Numbered from the stretch's first letter, positions 1 through 9,683 are shown. The stretch: 64,000 bases of DNA from Aquificaceae bacterium (GCA_037925075.1 JAXSNR010000001.1:768001-832000); one strand, 5' to 3'. Notes: generated by a model from the letters alone, not told the origin. Made by a program: numbers and translations.

Positions 1-296
1 AGGCCACCCAAGAGCCTTGAAAGAAAAAGGGTTAAAGATAGCACAAAGAGAACCCAAAGGACCTTGTCCTTAACCAGAATAATACCTCTTGGTAGTTTAA
101 GCTCCTCTGAGATCAGATACAGTGCAATAAGTAAAGACCAGAGGGTGGGCATAAACCTAAGAGTGTCTATTAGTATATTGCCCCACTTCCAAGGGCTTCT
201 TTCCGCGAGTTTTCTAAGTTTGTAAAATAGTACCCTTTCTACAACAAAGCCCAGTGCGGGTAATAAGATAAGTACCAAAAGCCAAATAAGGTCCAT
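1..296 (-). CDS. 5' part of a membrane protein, probably MscS-family mechanosensitive channel (runs off window start)
   Basis: Manual translation from ATG 296: MDLIWLLVLILLPALGFVVERVLFYKLRKLAERSPWKWGNILIDTLRFMP...; three hydrophobic helices typical of an MscS N-terminus; TAAAAT 7 nt upstream. Confidence 0.55.
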   Translation of the reverse strand, partial: MDLIWLLVLILLPALGFVVERVLFYKLRKLAERSPWKWGNILIDTLRFMPTLWSLLIALYLISEELKLPRGIILVKDKVLWVLFVLSLTLFLSRLLGG

Positions 297-315
297 GAGA
301 TAAATTTTAAACGGG

Positions 316-333
316 GGCGGGCGGGTGCCCGCC
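316..333 (-). terminator. GC-rich hairpin after the 342..1664 gene, likely intrinsic terminator
   Basis: GGCGGGC-gggt-GCCCGCC perfect 7-bp stem 8 nt past the stop codon; U-tract weak. Confidence 0.5.
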
Positions 334-341
334 AAAAGGTT

Positions 342-1664
342 TTATATATAGTTTTTAGCAATGATAATCAGGCCTGTACCTATGAAGACAATAGCCCAAA
401 GGATTACTATAAACACGGAGACTTCACCTAAATGGTGTTCTGTTTCATTTGCCTGATAGACCTCACCCTTTGGTGTTTTTCCTGCTTTGTATGCCATCCA
501 CCAAGCGTAGGCATATAGGACAAGGCCTGTAAGGGTTGTTCCCAAAAAGAGCATTGGGCTAAGCCATTCAAGGCTTAGCTTGTATTCGTATATGGAATAG
601 CCAAAGCGTGAGGTAGAAGCGACCCTTAAATATTCCCTAAAGACCGCTATAAGAAGGGTTGCGACAGTGCCGGCGACGAGGGAAGGGACCGCCATACCTA
701 TTGGGTTTTTCTGGGCTATGGATATAACACCCGCACAGAGCAAGAGCCCAAGGACAGAAAGCCATGTAAAGATGCTACCTTTTGCCTGCCATTCGGTAGG
801 TAGAGAAAGGATGTAAAGTATGTGAAAGGCTATCCATCCTATACCACCAAAGAGGGCAAGCCTTGCTCCAAGCCTTGCGGAAAAGTCTATATATTCTTTG
901 TCAAAGTCAGGTCTTTTGCCAAAATGCCATGCATAAAGCGTCATAAACACGCCAACGACCGAGACTGAAGGAAAGACGAGCAGGGAAATGTATCTAAACA
1001 GATTAAAGGCGTATATGTTCCAACCGCTGTGGTTCATAGTGGTCCCGCCGGAGGTGTACCACTCCACCCACTTTTCTGGATACAAAGACTGATAATTGAC
1101 CACATGGATTATAAAGCCCACAAGAAGCAAAAAGACAACACCACCCACAGAGAAAAGGGTGGCAACCTGAGGCTTCATCCTTGTAAAGTACGCACCCCAT
1201 ATAAGGTAGTAGCCCACAAGGAGGGAAACTATAAACATCATATACCAACTGGCGGAAAGGTTGGCGGAGGCGTACCAAAGGGGGTCGTATATGACCTGAT
1301 AGAAAAGTAGCGGTGCCACACCCAAAACTATGGCGAGAGAAACAGAAACCTTTGAAAGCTCCAACATAGCCTTAGCAAGTCTTTGGTGTTTTTCATCCTT
1401 TTTTGTAAAGCCGTATATGGCATAAAAGAGCCCACCCACAGAAACCCAGACAAAAAGTATGTGTAAAGCCCATGTGAGAACCTGTAGGATTTGCATAACC
1501 ACTGGGAAGAAGGGGGAGCCGGCGGGGTCCGCCATAGCCTTTAGCATGGCACCCACCTCTGCGGGAGACTGCTTGGCAAAAACCAGCCTACCACCAAGAA
1601 GCATAAGAGCCAACACACTTAGCAAGAACCACCTTGTGAGGCTTTGATACATTGCCATGCCCAT
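342..1664 (-). CDS. CydA'-like polytopic membrane subunit (cytochrome bd superfamily partner)
   Basis: About 10 TM helices; HILFV (CydA TM1 His equivalent), GVAPLLF, late FREYLR motif; SD GGAGG; directly downstream of the CydA-like gene. Confidence 0.65.
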   Translation of the reverse strand: MGMAMYQSLTRWFLLSVLALMLLGGRLVFAKQSPAEVGAMLKAMADPAGSPFFPVVMQILQVLTWALHILFVWVSVGGLFYAIYGFTKKDEKHQRLAKAMLELSKVSVSLAIVLGVAPLLFYQVIYDPLWYASANLSASWYMMFIVSLLVGYYLIWGAYFTRMKPQVATLFSVGGVVFLLLVGFIIHVVNYQSLYPEKWVEWYTSGGTTMNHSGWNIYAFNLFRYISLLVFPSVSVVGVFMTLYAWHFGKRPDFDKEYIDFSARLGARLALFGGIGWIAFHILYILSLPTEWQAKGSIFTWLSVLGLLLCAGVISIAQKNPIGMAVPSLVAGTVATLLIAVFREYLRVASTSRFGYSIYEYKLSLEWLSPMLFLGTTLTGLVLYAYAWWMAYKAGKTPKGEVYQANETEHHLGEVSVFIVILWAIVFIGTGLIIIAKNYI

Positions 1665-1676
1665 GTTTATACCTCC

Positions 1677-3083
1677 TTATTTTTGTACTGTATATGCAGG
1701 CACCTCTATCTTGGCGGAGACTCTTCCGCCTTTGGACATCATGTCCGCAATATAGGCGGATAGGGCTTTGAGTTCTTCATCTGTGCCTACAAAGTAGGGC
1801 ATGTATGGAGGATGTGCCTGAGGTGTAAGGTAGTTGGAAAGGAAGCCATAGACCGCATCCTCTGAGGTCATTCCCTCAAACTTCTTACCAAAGGGTCTTA
1901 GACCGGAGCTACCGGTCACATTGTGGCATCCAGAACATTGTAGTATGGCAACGGCTTTACCAGCCATTATCTTGTTTTCCGGTGTTATGGTTTTTAGACC
2001 CTCGGGCACAAAGGGATTTACCTTTAGAAAGCCCTTTTCCTTTATTGTGCTTACCTCAGATTTTATACCCTTTGCGGGTACATCCCTTGCTATAACCTGA
2101 TTGACCCAAATAAACTCACCAGCCACGTAGGGCTTACGAAGGGTTTCTCTTATCTTCTCTTCAGGATACACACCCATGAAGAAGATAAGTGCATACACAG
2201 GATAGGCTATGTACGGCTTTGCAAAGGTTGGTCTTATGGTGGTTATCATAAAGTGTGCCAAAAGCACCAAAAGTATGGCAAATATAAGTCCATAATACCA
2301 CTTGGGAACTATTCCAGAGAGCATTAACAGGCTTCTTTCTGGTAGTGTGGATACGTACCATGCAAAAAACATACTTCCAAACACAATACCGCCAATGCCC
2401 CAGTAGGACATGGTTTTGACTATGTCCTTATAGACCTTTTCGGGCACATCCCTTTTCATAAGGCTTGCTATGGCTATGCCTATGGTGCCCGCTAAGGCAA
2501 TCATGAAGGAGCTTCTCATAAGAAGGTGTGGGAAGTAGTTTTTGTTATAAAAGGCGTCAAGTATGCTTCCTGTAACAAACCATTTTTCATGCCCCGGTGA
2601 GAGCATAAAGGAGAGTATCCCAACTATTATGTACATGGTTGCCCAAGAGCCTATAGCAAAGGTCCAAGCAAGCCTTAGCCAGCTCCTCTGGTCAATCCTA
2701 CCAAGAGTGTAGTAGAGTATATAAACGAGAGTGACCTCCGCAATAAACCATATCCACTCCGCAGCCCAGACCCAGACAAAGTTGTGAATGAGAGCGGAAA
2801 TGCCCCTTGGGTTTGCGACTGTTGCGGAAAACCATATACCGGGACCTGTGATGGAACCAGAAACGTAGGAAAAGACCAGAAGCGCCAAAAGATACCTCTT
2901 GATGTAGTCGTAGATCTGTGGGATGTTTTCCCGGTAGGCTTTTGTCGCAAGGTATGCCAGCAAAATGGACGCACCCACAGAAGTGTGGGAAGCCAAGACG
3001 TGAAAAGAGGCTATGATGGCGATGACGGACGCACTACCTATAACGGGCACGTACCACATGGGCTGAAAGCCAAGCACATCCAT
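1677..3083 (-). CDS. CydA-like (cytochrome bd subunit I homolog) with C-terminal c-type cytochrome domain
   Basis: FHVLASH (TM1 His), AAEWIWFIAE (Glu pair), PHLLMR, RETLRKPY (ExGRQPW equivalent), CSGCH heme c motif and downstream YMP; no Q-loop. Confidence 0.75.
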   Translation of the reverse strand: MDVLGFQPMWYVPVIGSASVIAIIASFHVLASHTSVGASILLAYLATKAYRENIPQIYDYIKRYLLALLVFSYVSGSITGPGIWFSATVANPRGISALIHNFVWVWAAEWIWFIAEVTLVYILYYTLGRIDQRSWLRLAWTFAIGSWATMYIIVGILSFMLSPGHEKWFVTGSILDAFYNKNYFPHLLMRSSFMIALAGTIGIAIASLMKRDVPEKVYKDIVKTMSYWGIGGIVFGSMFFAWYVSTLPERSLLMLSGIVPKWYYGLIFAILLVLLAHFMITTIRPTFAKPYIAYPVYALIFFMGVYPEEKIRETLRKPYVAGEFIWVNQVIARDVPAKGIKSEVSTIKEKGFLKVNPFVPEGLKTITPENKIMAGKAVAILQCSGCHNVTGSSGLRPFGKKFEGMTSEDAVYGFLSNYLTPQAHPPYMPYFVGTDEELKALSAYIADMMSKGGRVSAKIEVPAYTVQK

Positions 3084-3122
3084 GTTTGCACCTCCTGTGA
3101 AACTTTTGTTTAACTTAACATT

Positions 3123-3150
3123 AATATAACATGATATTTATCATTGTCAA
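3123..3150 (-). promoter_or_regulatory. Sigma70 promoter of the CydA-like operon with embedded palindrome
   Basis: Minus strand TTGACA (3150-3145), 16 nt, TATATT (3128-3123) preceded by TG; spacer contains ATGATA-N2-TATCAT (3131-3144). Confidence 0.7.
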
Positions 3151-3170
3151 GGGGTTTGTATAATAACCTT

Positions 3171-4604
3171 ATGAAAAGACAGGCGGGCATTCTTCTTCAC
3201 ATAAGCTCACTACCTTCTCCCTACGGCATAGGAGACTTAGGTCCTACCGCCCATAGGTTTGTGGACCTTTTGGCGGAGTTTAGACAAAGCCTTTGGCAGG
3301 TGCTACCCCTTAGCCCCACAGAACCAGAGCACGGAAACTCCCCCTATTACTCCTCTTCCCTCTTTGCGGGAAATTTTCTCCTTATAAGCCCAGAGCTTTT
3401 ATACCAAGAAGGGCTTATTGACAAAGAGGTCCTCGAAAGCCTTAAGGTAGAGGCTTCCCACAGGATAGATTACCGCAGGGTTTACATTCTAAAAGAGTTT
3501 ATGTTGCAAAAGGCTTTGGAAAACTTCAAGGAGAGTGAAGACTTTTATAGTTTTTGTAAAGAAGAGGCTTACTGGCTTGAGGACTACGCAAAGTTCAGTC
3601 TGGCAAAGAAAAAATTAAAAAAGCCTTGGTGGAGGTGGGAGGAGTTTCCCAAGCTTTCAAAGGAGGAAATTTTAGGGGAAAAGGCGGTTCAGTTTCTCTT
3701 TTTTAGGCAGTGGAGGGCTTTAAAGGACTATGCAAATTCAAAGGGGGTGAGCCTTGTGGGAGATATGCCCATGTATCCCGCACCGGACAGTTGCGACCTT
3801 TGGGCAAACAGGGAGATTTTTAAGCTAAGAGAAGATGGGCTTCCGGAGGTTGTCGCAGGCGTACCACCCGATTACTTTTCAAAAACGGGACAGCTTTGGG
3901 GAAATCCCGTTTATAGATGGGAGAGGTTAAAGGAGAGGAACTTTGACTGGTGGCTTTCCAGAATAAGGCATGCCCTTAAACTCTTTGACCTTGTGAGGCT
4001 TGATCACTTTAGAGGCTTTTCCGCCTTCTATCAGGTGCCCTACGGAGAAAAGACCGCAGAAAGGGGATGGTGGGAAAGGGCACCCGGCTATGAGCTTTTT
4101 GGCGCCATAAGGAGGGAATTTCCCCACATGCCCTTTATAGCGGAAGACCTTGGCACAATAGACCAAGAAGTTATAAGCCTTAGGGACCACTTTGGACTAC
4201 CCGGTATGAGGGTTTTAGCCTTTGCCTTCTTTGATAAAAATTCAGAGCACCTACCCCACAACCACACCTACAACTCTGTGGTTTATACCACTACCCACGA
4301 CAACATGCCCATAAAGGGCTGGTTTTTCCAAGAGTTGAACCAAGAGCAAAGAGCAAGGGTTTTGGACTATCTTGGATACGTGCCCGAAAGTATAAGCCAA
4401 GCCCTTGTTCGCCTTGCTTATATGTCCGTGGCAAAGTACTGCATAATTGCCATGCAAGACCTTCTTGGACTTGGTGAGGAAGGAAGGATGAACACCCCCG
4501 CAAAGACAGAAAGAAACTGGGAGTGGAAGCTAAAGGAGATGCCCAAAAAAGAGCTTTGGGAATGGATAGACTTTTTATGCGAGCTGTATGGGAGGAGAGT
4601 ATAA
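3171..4604 (+). CDS. malQ: 4-alpha-glucanotransferase (amylomaltase, GH77)
   Basis: GILLHISSLP, GVPPDYFSKTGQLWGNP, RLDHFRG, AEDLG, THDN; ATG 3171 preferred over TTG 3144. Confidence 0.95.
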   Translation: MKRQAGILLHISSLPSPYGIGDLGPTAHRFVDLLAEFRQSLWQVLPLSPTEPEHGNSPYYSSSLFAGNFLLISPELLYQEGLIDKEVLESLKVEASHRIDYRRVYILKEFMLQKALENFKESEDFYSFCKEEAYWLEDYAKFSLAKKKLKKPWWRWEEFPKLSKEEILGEKAVQFLFFRQWRALKDYANSKGVSLVGDMPMYPAPDSCDLWANREIFKLREDGLPEVVAGVPPDYFSKTGQLWGNPVYRWERLKERNFDWWLSRIRHALKLFDLVRLDHFRGFSAFYQVPYGEKTAERGWWERAPGYELFGAIRREFPHMPFIAEDLGTIDQEVISLRDHFGLPGMRVLAFAFFDKNSEHLPHNHTYNSVVYTTTHDNMPIKGWFFQELNQEQRARVLDYLGYVPESISQALVRLAYMSVAKYCIIAMQDLLGLGEEGRMNTPAKTERNWEWKLKEMPKKELWEWIDFLCELYGRRV

Positions 4605-4613
4605 TAAGGGCTT

Positions 4614-4883
4614 ATGGAAGACATTAAGCAAAGGCTGAGGGAGATGGGATATGAGGGCTTTTACCTGTGGTATGACCCACCGGGCACATACTACCATTGG
4701 CACACCCATCCAGAGGATGAGGTACGATTTGTCCTTGAAGGAGAGATCACCATAGGCACAGAGGAAGAGGTGTATCATCTCAAGGCTGGGGACCTGTTGG
4801 AGGTGAAGGCTGGCACAAGGCACTGGGCAAGGACGGAAAAGGGAGTAAGGTATCTCTGTGCAAGCAGGAAGGTGTTAAAATAA
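4614..4883 (+). CDS. Cupin-domain protein
   Basis: HWHTHPEDE...GDLLEVKAGTRHW cupin motifs 1 and 2. Confidence 0.85.
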   Translation: MEDIKQRLREMGYEGFYLWYDPPGTYYHWHTHPEDEVRFVLEGEITIGTEEEVYHLKAGDLLEVKAGTRHWARTEKGVRYLCASRKVLK

Positions 4884-4888
4884 AACAG

Positions 4889-6544
4889 GTGAAGAGGTTT
4901 TTAGAAGGGCTTTTAAAGGCTGTAGTAAAGGAGCTGTACTTTTTTGAGGTAAATTCCTTTAGCCTTGAACCACCAAGGGAAGAAGCCTACGGAGACTATG
5001 CCACCAACATAGCCTTTATCCTTTCAAAGCATCTAAAGAAAAACCCACAAGAGATAGCCCAGCAGGTGGCAGGCAGGCTATGTGGAGACCTTCTCAATGC
5101 CCAAGCCATTAAGGGATTTGTCAATATAAGACTAAGTGAAAGCCTTCTCAAGGAGGAGTTTAAAAGGCTTTTGAAGGAAAAGGAAGGCTACTTTTTTGAA
5201 CCTGTGGAAAAGCCCCTGTACTTTCAAGTGGAGTTTGTCAGTGCCAATCCCACAGGACCCCTTCATGTGGGACACGGAAGGGGTGCGGTTGTGGGTGATG
5301 TGCTATCAAAGATCCTTCAGAGGTTTGGGCATAGGGTGGTAAGGGAATACTACATAAACGATGCAGGCAACCAAGTTTATATGCTTGGGCTTTCCGTCCT
5401 TTATAGATACTACGAGCTTTTTGGAAAGGAGGAGCCACATTTAAAGGAGCTTTTTGAAAAGGAAGGCTACAAGGGCAAATATATAGTAAGGCTTGCCAAG
5501 GACCTAAAAGCCTTTTACGAGGATAAGCTTTTTGACCTTGACAGAGAAACAGCCATAAACCTTGCAAAAGAGTACGCCCACAAAAGGCTTCTTGAGGATA
5601 TAAGGGAGACCCTTGACCTTTTGGGTGTTTCTTTTGATAGTTGGTTTAGTGAAAAAAGCCTTTATGAAAAGGGGCTTGTGGATAAGGTTATAAGGCTATT
5701 GGAGGAGAAGGGATACCTTTACGAAAAGGATGGTGCCCTTTGGTTTAAAAGCACAGCCTTTGGAGATGACAAGGACAGGGTGGTCAGAAAATCCGATGAG
5801 TCCTTTACCTACTTTGCTTCGGACATAGCGTACCACTACGAGAAGTTCAGTAGAGGCTTTGATAAAGTTATAAACCTATGGGGTGCGGACCATCATGGAT
5901 ACGAAAGGAGGCTTATGGGAGCCCTGAAGGCTCTTGGAATTGGTGAGGACTGGCTAAAGGTGGAGTTTGTGCAGATGGTAAGGCTTATAAGCGGTGGGCA
6001 AGAGGTGCGTATGTCCAAAAGAACCGGTGAGTTTATCACCCTTCAGGAGCTTGTGGAAGAGGTGGGAAAGGATGCGGTAAGGTTTGTCTTTCTTACAAAG
6101 GACAGCGACACACCCCTTGACTTTGACATGGACCTTGTAAAGAAAAACACCTCAGAAAACCCCGTCTTTTATGTGCAGTATGCCCATGCAAGGATAAGGG
6201 GAGTTTTCAGGGAGGTAAGGGAAAGGTACGGTATAAACCCGGACGAGGAGGACCTAAGGGAGTTTGTGAAGCACCTTAACTTGGAGCCGGACCTTAGGCT
6301 TATAAAGAGATGCCTTTACATGAAGGACACATACGAGGGCGTTCTTCAAAGCCTTTCTCCGCACCTTATAACTTACTCCTTGCTTGAGCTTGCAAAGGAC
6401 TTTCACCACTACTATAACCACCACAGGGTTATGGTAGAAGACAAAAATCTTATGCTTTCAAGGCTTGCCCTTTTTAAAGGAGTGGAAATAACCTTAAAGA
6501 CCTCCTTTGAACTGTTGGGAATAGAAGCTCCAGAGAGGATGTAA
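4889..6544 (+). CDS. argS: Arginine--tRNA ligase
   Basis: VEFVSANPTGPLHVGHGR, GADHHGY, MSKRTG, YVQYAHAR, C-terminal PERM. Confidence 0.97.
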   Translation: MKRFLEGLLKAVVKELYFFEVNSFSLEPPREEAYGDYATNIAFILSKHLKKNPQEIAQQVAGRLCGDLLNAQAIKGFVNIRLSESLLKEEFKRLLKEKEGYFFEPVEKPLYFQVEFVSANPTGPLHVGHGRGAVVGDVLSKILQRFGHRVVREYYINDAGNQVYMLGLSVLYRYYELFGKEEPHLKELFEKEGYKGKYIVRLAKDLKAFYEDKLFDLDRETAINLAKEYAHKRLLEDIRETLDLLGVSFDSWFSEKSLYEKGLVDKVIRLLEEKGYLYEKDGALWFKSTAFGDDKDRVVRKSDESFTYFASDIAYHYEKFSRGFDKVINLWGADHHGYERRLMGALKALGIGEDWLKVEFVQMVRLISGGQEVRMSKRTGEFITLQELVEEVGKDAVRFVFLTKDSDTPLDFDMDLVKKNTSENPVFYVQYAHARIRGVFREVRERYGINPDEEDLREFVKHLNLEPDLRLIKRCLYMKDTYEGVLQSLSPHLITYSLLELAKDFHHYYNHHRVMVEDKNLMLSRLALFKGVEITLKTSFELLGIEAPERM

Positions 6545-6834
6545 TTCTTCTTGGTAAAGCTGGTCGTCGGAAAGGGAAAGTTCATGCCCGTTTATTTCCA
6601 TAAAGTATTCAAAGGCAACCACCCCAGTCCTTTGTTGCCAATGGCTGATTCCACAAGGTTTTTGTCCCTTAAGCCAAAAACCCCCTTATGCTCCTTCATT
6701 ATAACCCTGTTGATCTCTATGATTTCTTCCGCGGTTGGTAATATAAGGTCCTTTTCCGAAAGTTTTAGAAGTAGTTCTTTTCTGCGATTGAGAATAACCT
6801 CAAGCTTTCTGTAGAAAAGGGGGCTAAGTTCCAT
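6545..6834 (-). pseudogene. Doc/Fic-family toxin pseudogene (internal deletion plus frameshift)
   Basis: N-terminal Doc-like GLRDKNLVESAI joined directly to GNK; shifted frame continues (R)TGVVAFEYFMEINGHEL; HPFxD segment absent. Confidence 0.75.
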
Positions 6835-6851
6835 GCTTTAAAATATAAGCC

Positions 6852-8153
6852 ATGAGGCTAACGGTAGTTGGAGGAGGATACGTAGGACTTACCACGGGCG
6901 TATGCTTTGCACACTTAGGGCACAAGGTTATGGTAGTGGAAAAGATTCCTCAAAAGGTGGAGCTCCTTAGGTCTGGAAAATCTCCTATCTACGAGCCGGG
7001 GCTTGAGGAGCTTTTGCAGGAAAACCTAAGGGAAGGTAGAATAAGCTTTACCACAGACCTAAAAGAAGGGATTGATTTTTCAGAGGTTATATTCATCTGT
7101 GTTGGCACGCCTCAAAAAACCGACGGCTCTGCGGACCTCTCTCAGGTGGAAGAGGTAGCACGACAGACCGCAAAGCTTATGAAAAGCTACAAACTTCTCG
7201 TAGAAAAATCCACTGTACCAGTAAACACCCACCAGCTTATAAAGAAGACGGTACAGAGGTACATAAAAGACCCAAACATTCCTTACGATGTGGCATCAAA
7301 CCCTGAGTTTTTAAGGGAAGGCTCCGCCATAGAGGACTTTCTAAAGCCCGACAGGATAGTGGTAGGTGTAGAAAGCGAGAGGGCTAAAAAGATTTTTGAA
7401 GAGCTGTACAAGGACTTTGACTGTCCCATAATCTTCACAGACCCAGCGACCGCAGAACTTATAAAACATGCCAGCAACTCCTTTCTCGCCATGAAGATAT
7501 CCTTTATAAACATGATCGCAGACCTGTGTGAAAAAACGGGGGCGGATGTGAAGCTTGTCGCAGATGGTATGGGCTATGACAAAAGGATAGGGAGGGCTTT
7601 TTTAAATGCGGGCATAGGGTACGGAGGCTCATGCTTTCCAAAGGATGTGAGGGCTTTTATAAGGATAGCCCAAGACTATGGGCTTGACTTTGGGCTTTTG
7701 AGGGAGGTGGAAATGATAAATCAGGAAAGACCTGTAAAGTTTGTTGAAAAGGTAAAGGGTGTTCTTTGGAGTCTAAGGGATAAAAAGCTTGCGGTTTGGG
7801 GGCTTTCTTTTAAGCCCAACACGGACGACATAAGGGAAGCACCTTCCATAAAGATTGTGAATATGCTCCTCAAGGAAGGTGCAACTGTAAGCCTTTATGA
7901 CCCAAAGGCTATGGAAAACTTTAAGCTTCTTTATCCTGAAGGAAAGCAGGTAATCTACGCAAGGGACATGTACTCAGCGGTGGAAGGTGCCAGTGCCCTT
8001 CTTATACTTACCGAGTGGGATGAGTTTGTAAAGGCTGACCTAAAAAGGGTCAAGGACCTTATGGAGCTTCCTATAGTGATAGATGGAAGAAACATATACG
8101 AACCGCAGGAGGTCAGGGCTTTAGGCTTTGAGTACTATCCTGTTGGAAGATGA
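6852..8153 (+). CDS. ugd: UDP-glucose 6-dehydrogenase
   Basis: GGGYVG, ICVGTP, NPEFLREG, GYGGSCFPKD, FKPNTDDIRE. Confidence 0.95.
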   Translation: MRLTVVGGGYVGLTTGVCFAHLGHKVMVVEKIPQKVELLRSGKSPIYEPGLEELLQENLREGRISFTTDLKEGIDFSEVIFICVGTPQKTDGSADLSQVEEVARQTAKLMKSYKLLVEKSTVPVNTHQLIKKTVQRYIKDPNIPYDVASNPEFLREGSAIEDFLKPDRIVVGVESERAKKIFEELYKDFDCPIIFTDPATAELIKHASNSFLAMKISFINMIADLCEKTGADVKLVADGMGYDKRIGRAFLNAGIGYGGSCFPKDVRAFIRIAQDYGLDFGLLREVEMINQERPVKFVEKVKGVLWSLRDKKLAVWGLSFKPNTDDIREAPSIKIVNMLLKEGATVSLYDPKAMENFKLLYPEGKQVIYARDMYSAVEGASALLILTEWDEFVKADLKRVKDLMELPIVIDGRNIYEPQEVRALGFEYYPVGR

Positions 8154-9082
8154 GGGTCCTTATAACTGGTGTAGCGGGTTTCATAGGCTCCCACTTGGCT
8201 GAAAGGTTCCTAAAAGAGGGTTTTTATGTGATAGGTATGGATAACTTCCTTACGGGCAGTCCCGATAACATAGCCCAGCTCTTTGAAAACAAAAACTTCC
8301 ACTTTATCCACTACAACGTGGTCAATTACATATACGTGGAAGGTCCTGTGGACCTTGTGGTCCATCTGGCTTGCCCCGCCTCGCCTGTGGATTATATGAA
8401 CCATCCCATACACACCATGAAGGTGGACTCCCTTGGCACCCTAAACACCCTGGGCTTTGCCAAACTAAAGGGTGCAAGGTATGTTTTTGCGTCCTCTTCA
8501 GAAGTTTATGGCTCCGCTCAGATGCATCCACAACCGGAGGAATATTGGGGCTATGTAAACCCAGTGGGTCCCAGAAGCGTGTACGATGAGGCTAAGAGGT
8601 TTTCTGAAGCTCTCTGCATGGCTTACCACAGAGAACACGGGCTTGATGTGAGAATAGCCAGAATCTTCAACACCTACGGTCCACGTATGAGAAGAAAGGA
8701 CGGAAGGGTCATACCCACCTTTATAGAGAAAGCCCTCAAGGGAGAACCGCTTCCCATATACGGTGATGGCTCTCAGACGAGAAGCTTTTGTTACATAGAT
8801 GACCTTGTGGAAGGACTTTTTGGACTATCTGTCAAACAAGGACTTGCGGGCACGGTGGTGAACCTGGGAAACCCAGAGGAGGTATCTATCTTAGAGCTTG
8901 CAAAGAGGATCATTGAACTTTCTAATTCTTCTTCAAAAATTGAATTTCTTCCACCTAGACCTGACGACCCACCAAGAAGATGCCCCGATATCCACAAGGC
9001 AAAGAATTTATTGGGTTGGCTTCCAAAGACCCCCCTTGAAGAAGGATTAAAAATAACCCTAAGATGGTTTGCGGGGTTATAA
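8150..9082 (+). CDS. UDP-glucuronate decarboxylase (UDP-xylose synthase) family SDR
   Basis: GVAGFIG, HLACPASP, SSSEVYG, YWGYVNPVGPRSVYDEAKR, RIFNTYGPRM. Confidence 0.85.
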   Translation: MRVLITGVAGFIGSHLAERFLKEGFYVIGMDNFLTGSPDNIAQLFENKNFHFIHYNVVNYIYVEGPVDLVVHLACPASPVDYMNHPIHTMKVDSLGTLNTLGFAKLKGARYVFASSSEVYGSAQMHPQPEEYWGYVNPVGPRSVYDEAKRFSEALCMAYHREHGLDVRIARIFNTYGPRMRRKDGRVIPTFIEKALKGEPLPIYGDGSQTRSFCYIDDLVEGLFGLSVKQGLAGTVVNLGNPEEVSILELAKRIIELSNSSSKIEFLPPRPDDPPRRCPDIHKAKNLLGWLPKTPLEEGLKITLRWFAGL

Positions 9083-9104
9083 TAATCTCTAAAGGAGGGT
9101 AATC

Positions 9105-9683
9105 GTGAAAAGAGAAAGGCTCATAATACTTCTCGGAGTGCTTGTTGCCCTTGTGTTTTTTTACCTTGGTTTGAACGAATGGCTAAAGACCAAGGAGGAA
9201 CAGGCTCAGCCACTGCCCATCGTAGTTAAGCCCTCACCTCAGAAACAACAGGAAGCACAACCTCAGGCTCCTTCTCCTGCGCCAGCAAAGGAAACCCCTC
9301 CAAGTTTAGAGAAAAAGCCAGAAGTAAAAGAAGCTCCAAAAAGTAAAGAAAAAGACCTGATAGCCCAAAAGATAAAGGAGGAGAAGAAAACGGAAAAGCC
9401 TGAGATAAAGGAGAAGAAGGAAGCTGAAAAGCCTCAGGAAGCCAAGAAGGTTGAAAAGGCCAAAAAAGCACCTTTGAAAACCTACACAGTTCAAATAGGA
9501 GCCTTTAAGAGCAAAGATGGTGCGGACAAAGTCGCAGAAAGGGCAAGAAGGATGGGATACAGGGTAAACATAGTGGAGGAGGATAACTTTTACAAGGTTA
9601 GGATTTCCCTAGGCACTGAAAACATAAAGGATGAACTGAAAAAGCTGAGGGCAGCTTTTGGCGGTGCAATACTAAAGCAATGA
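9105..9683 (+). CDS. Membrane-anchored SPOR-domain protein (FtsN/DedD-like)
   Basis: N-terminal TM, P/Q/K/E-rich linker, YTVQIGAFKS SPOR domain; SD AGGAGG. Confidence 0.85.
   Translation: MKRERLIILLGVLVALVFFYLGLNEWLKTKEEQAQPLPIVVKPSPQKQQEAQPQAPSPAPAKETPPSLEKKPEVKEAPKSKEKDLIAQKIKEEKKTEKPEIKEKKEAEKPQEAKKVEKAKKAPLKTYTVQIGAFKSKDGADKVAERARRMGYRVNIVEEDNFYKVRISLGTENIKDELKKLRAAFGGAILKQ

Noticed and set aside
3096..3115. Rex-like operator (TGTGAA...) upstream of the CydA-like gene
   Set aside because: Only one half-site; no matching TTCACA
9220..9480. Repetitive AAG/GAA-rich DNA
   Set aside because: Explained by the K/E/P-rich linker of the SPOR protein; not a nucleotide repeat array
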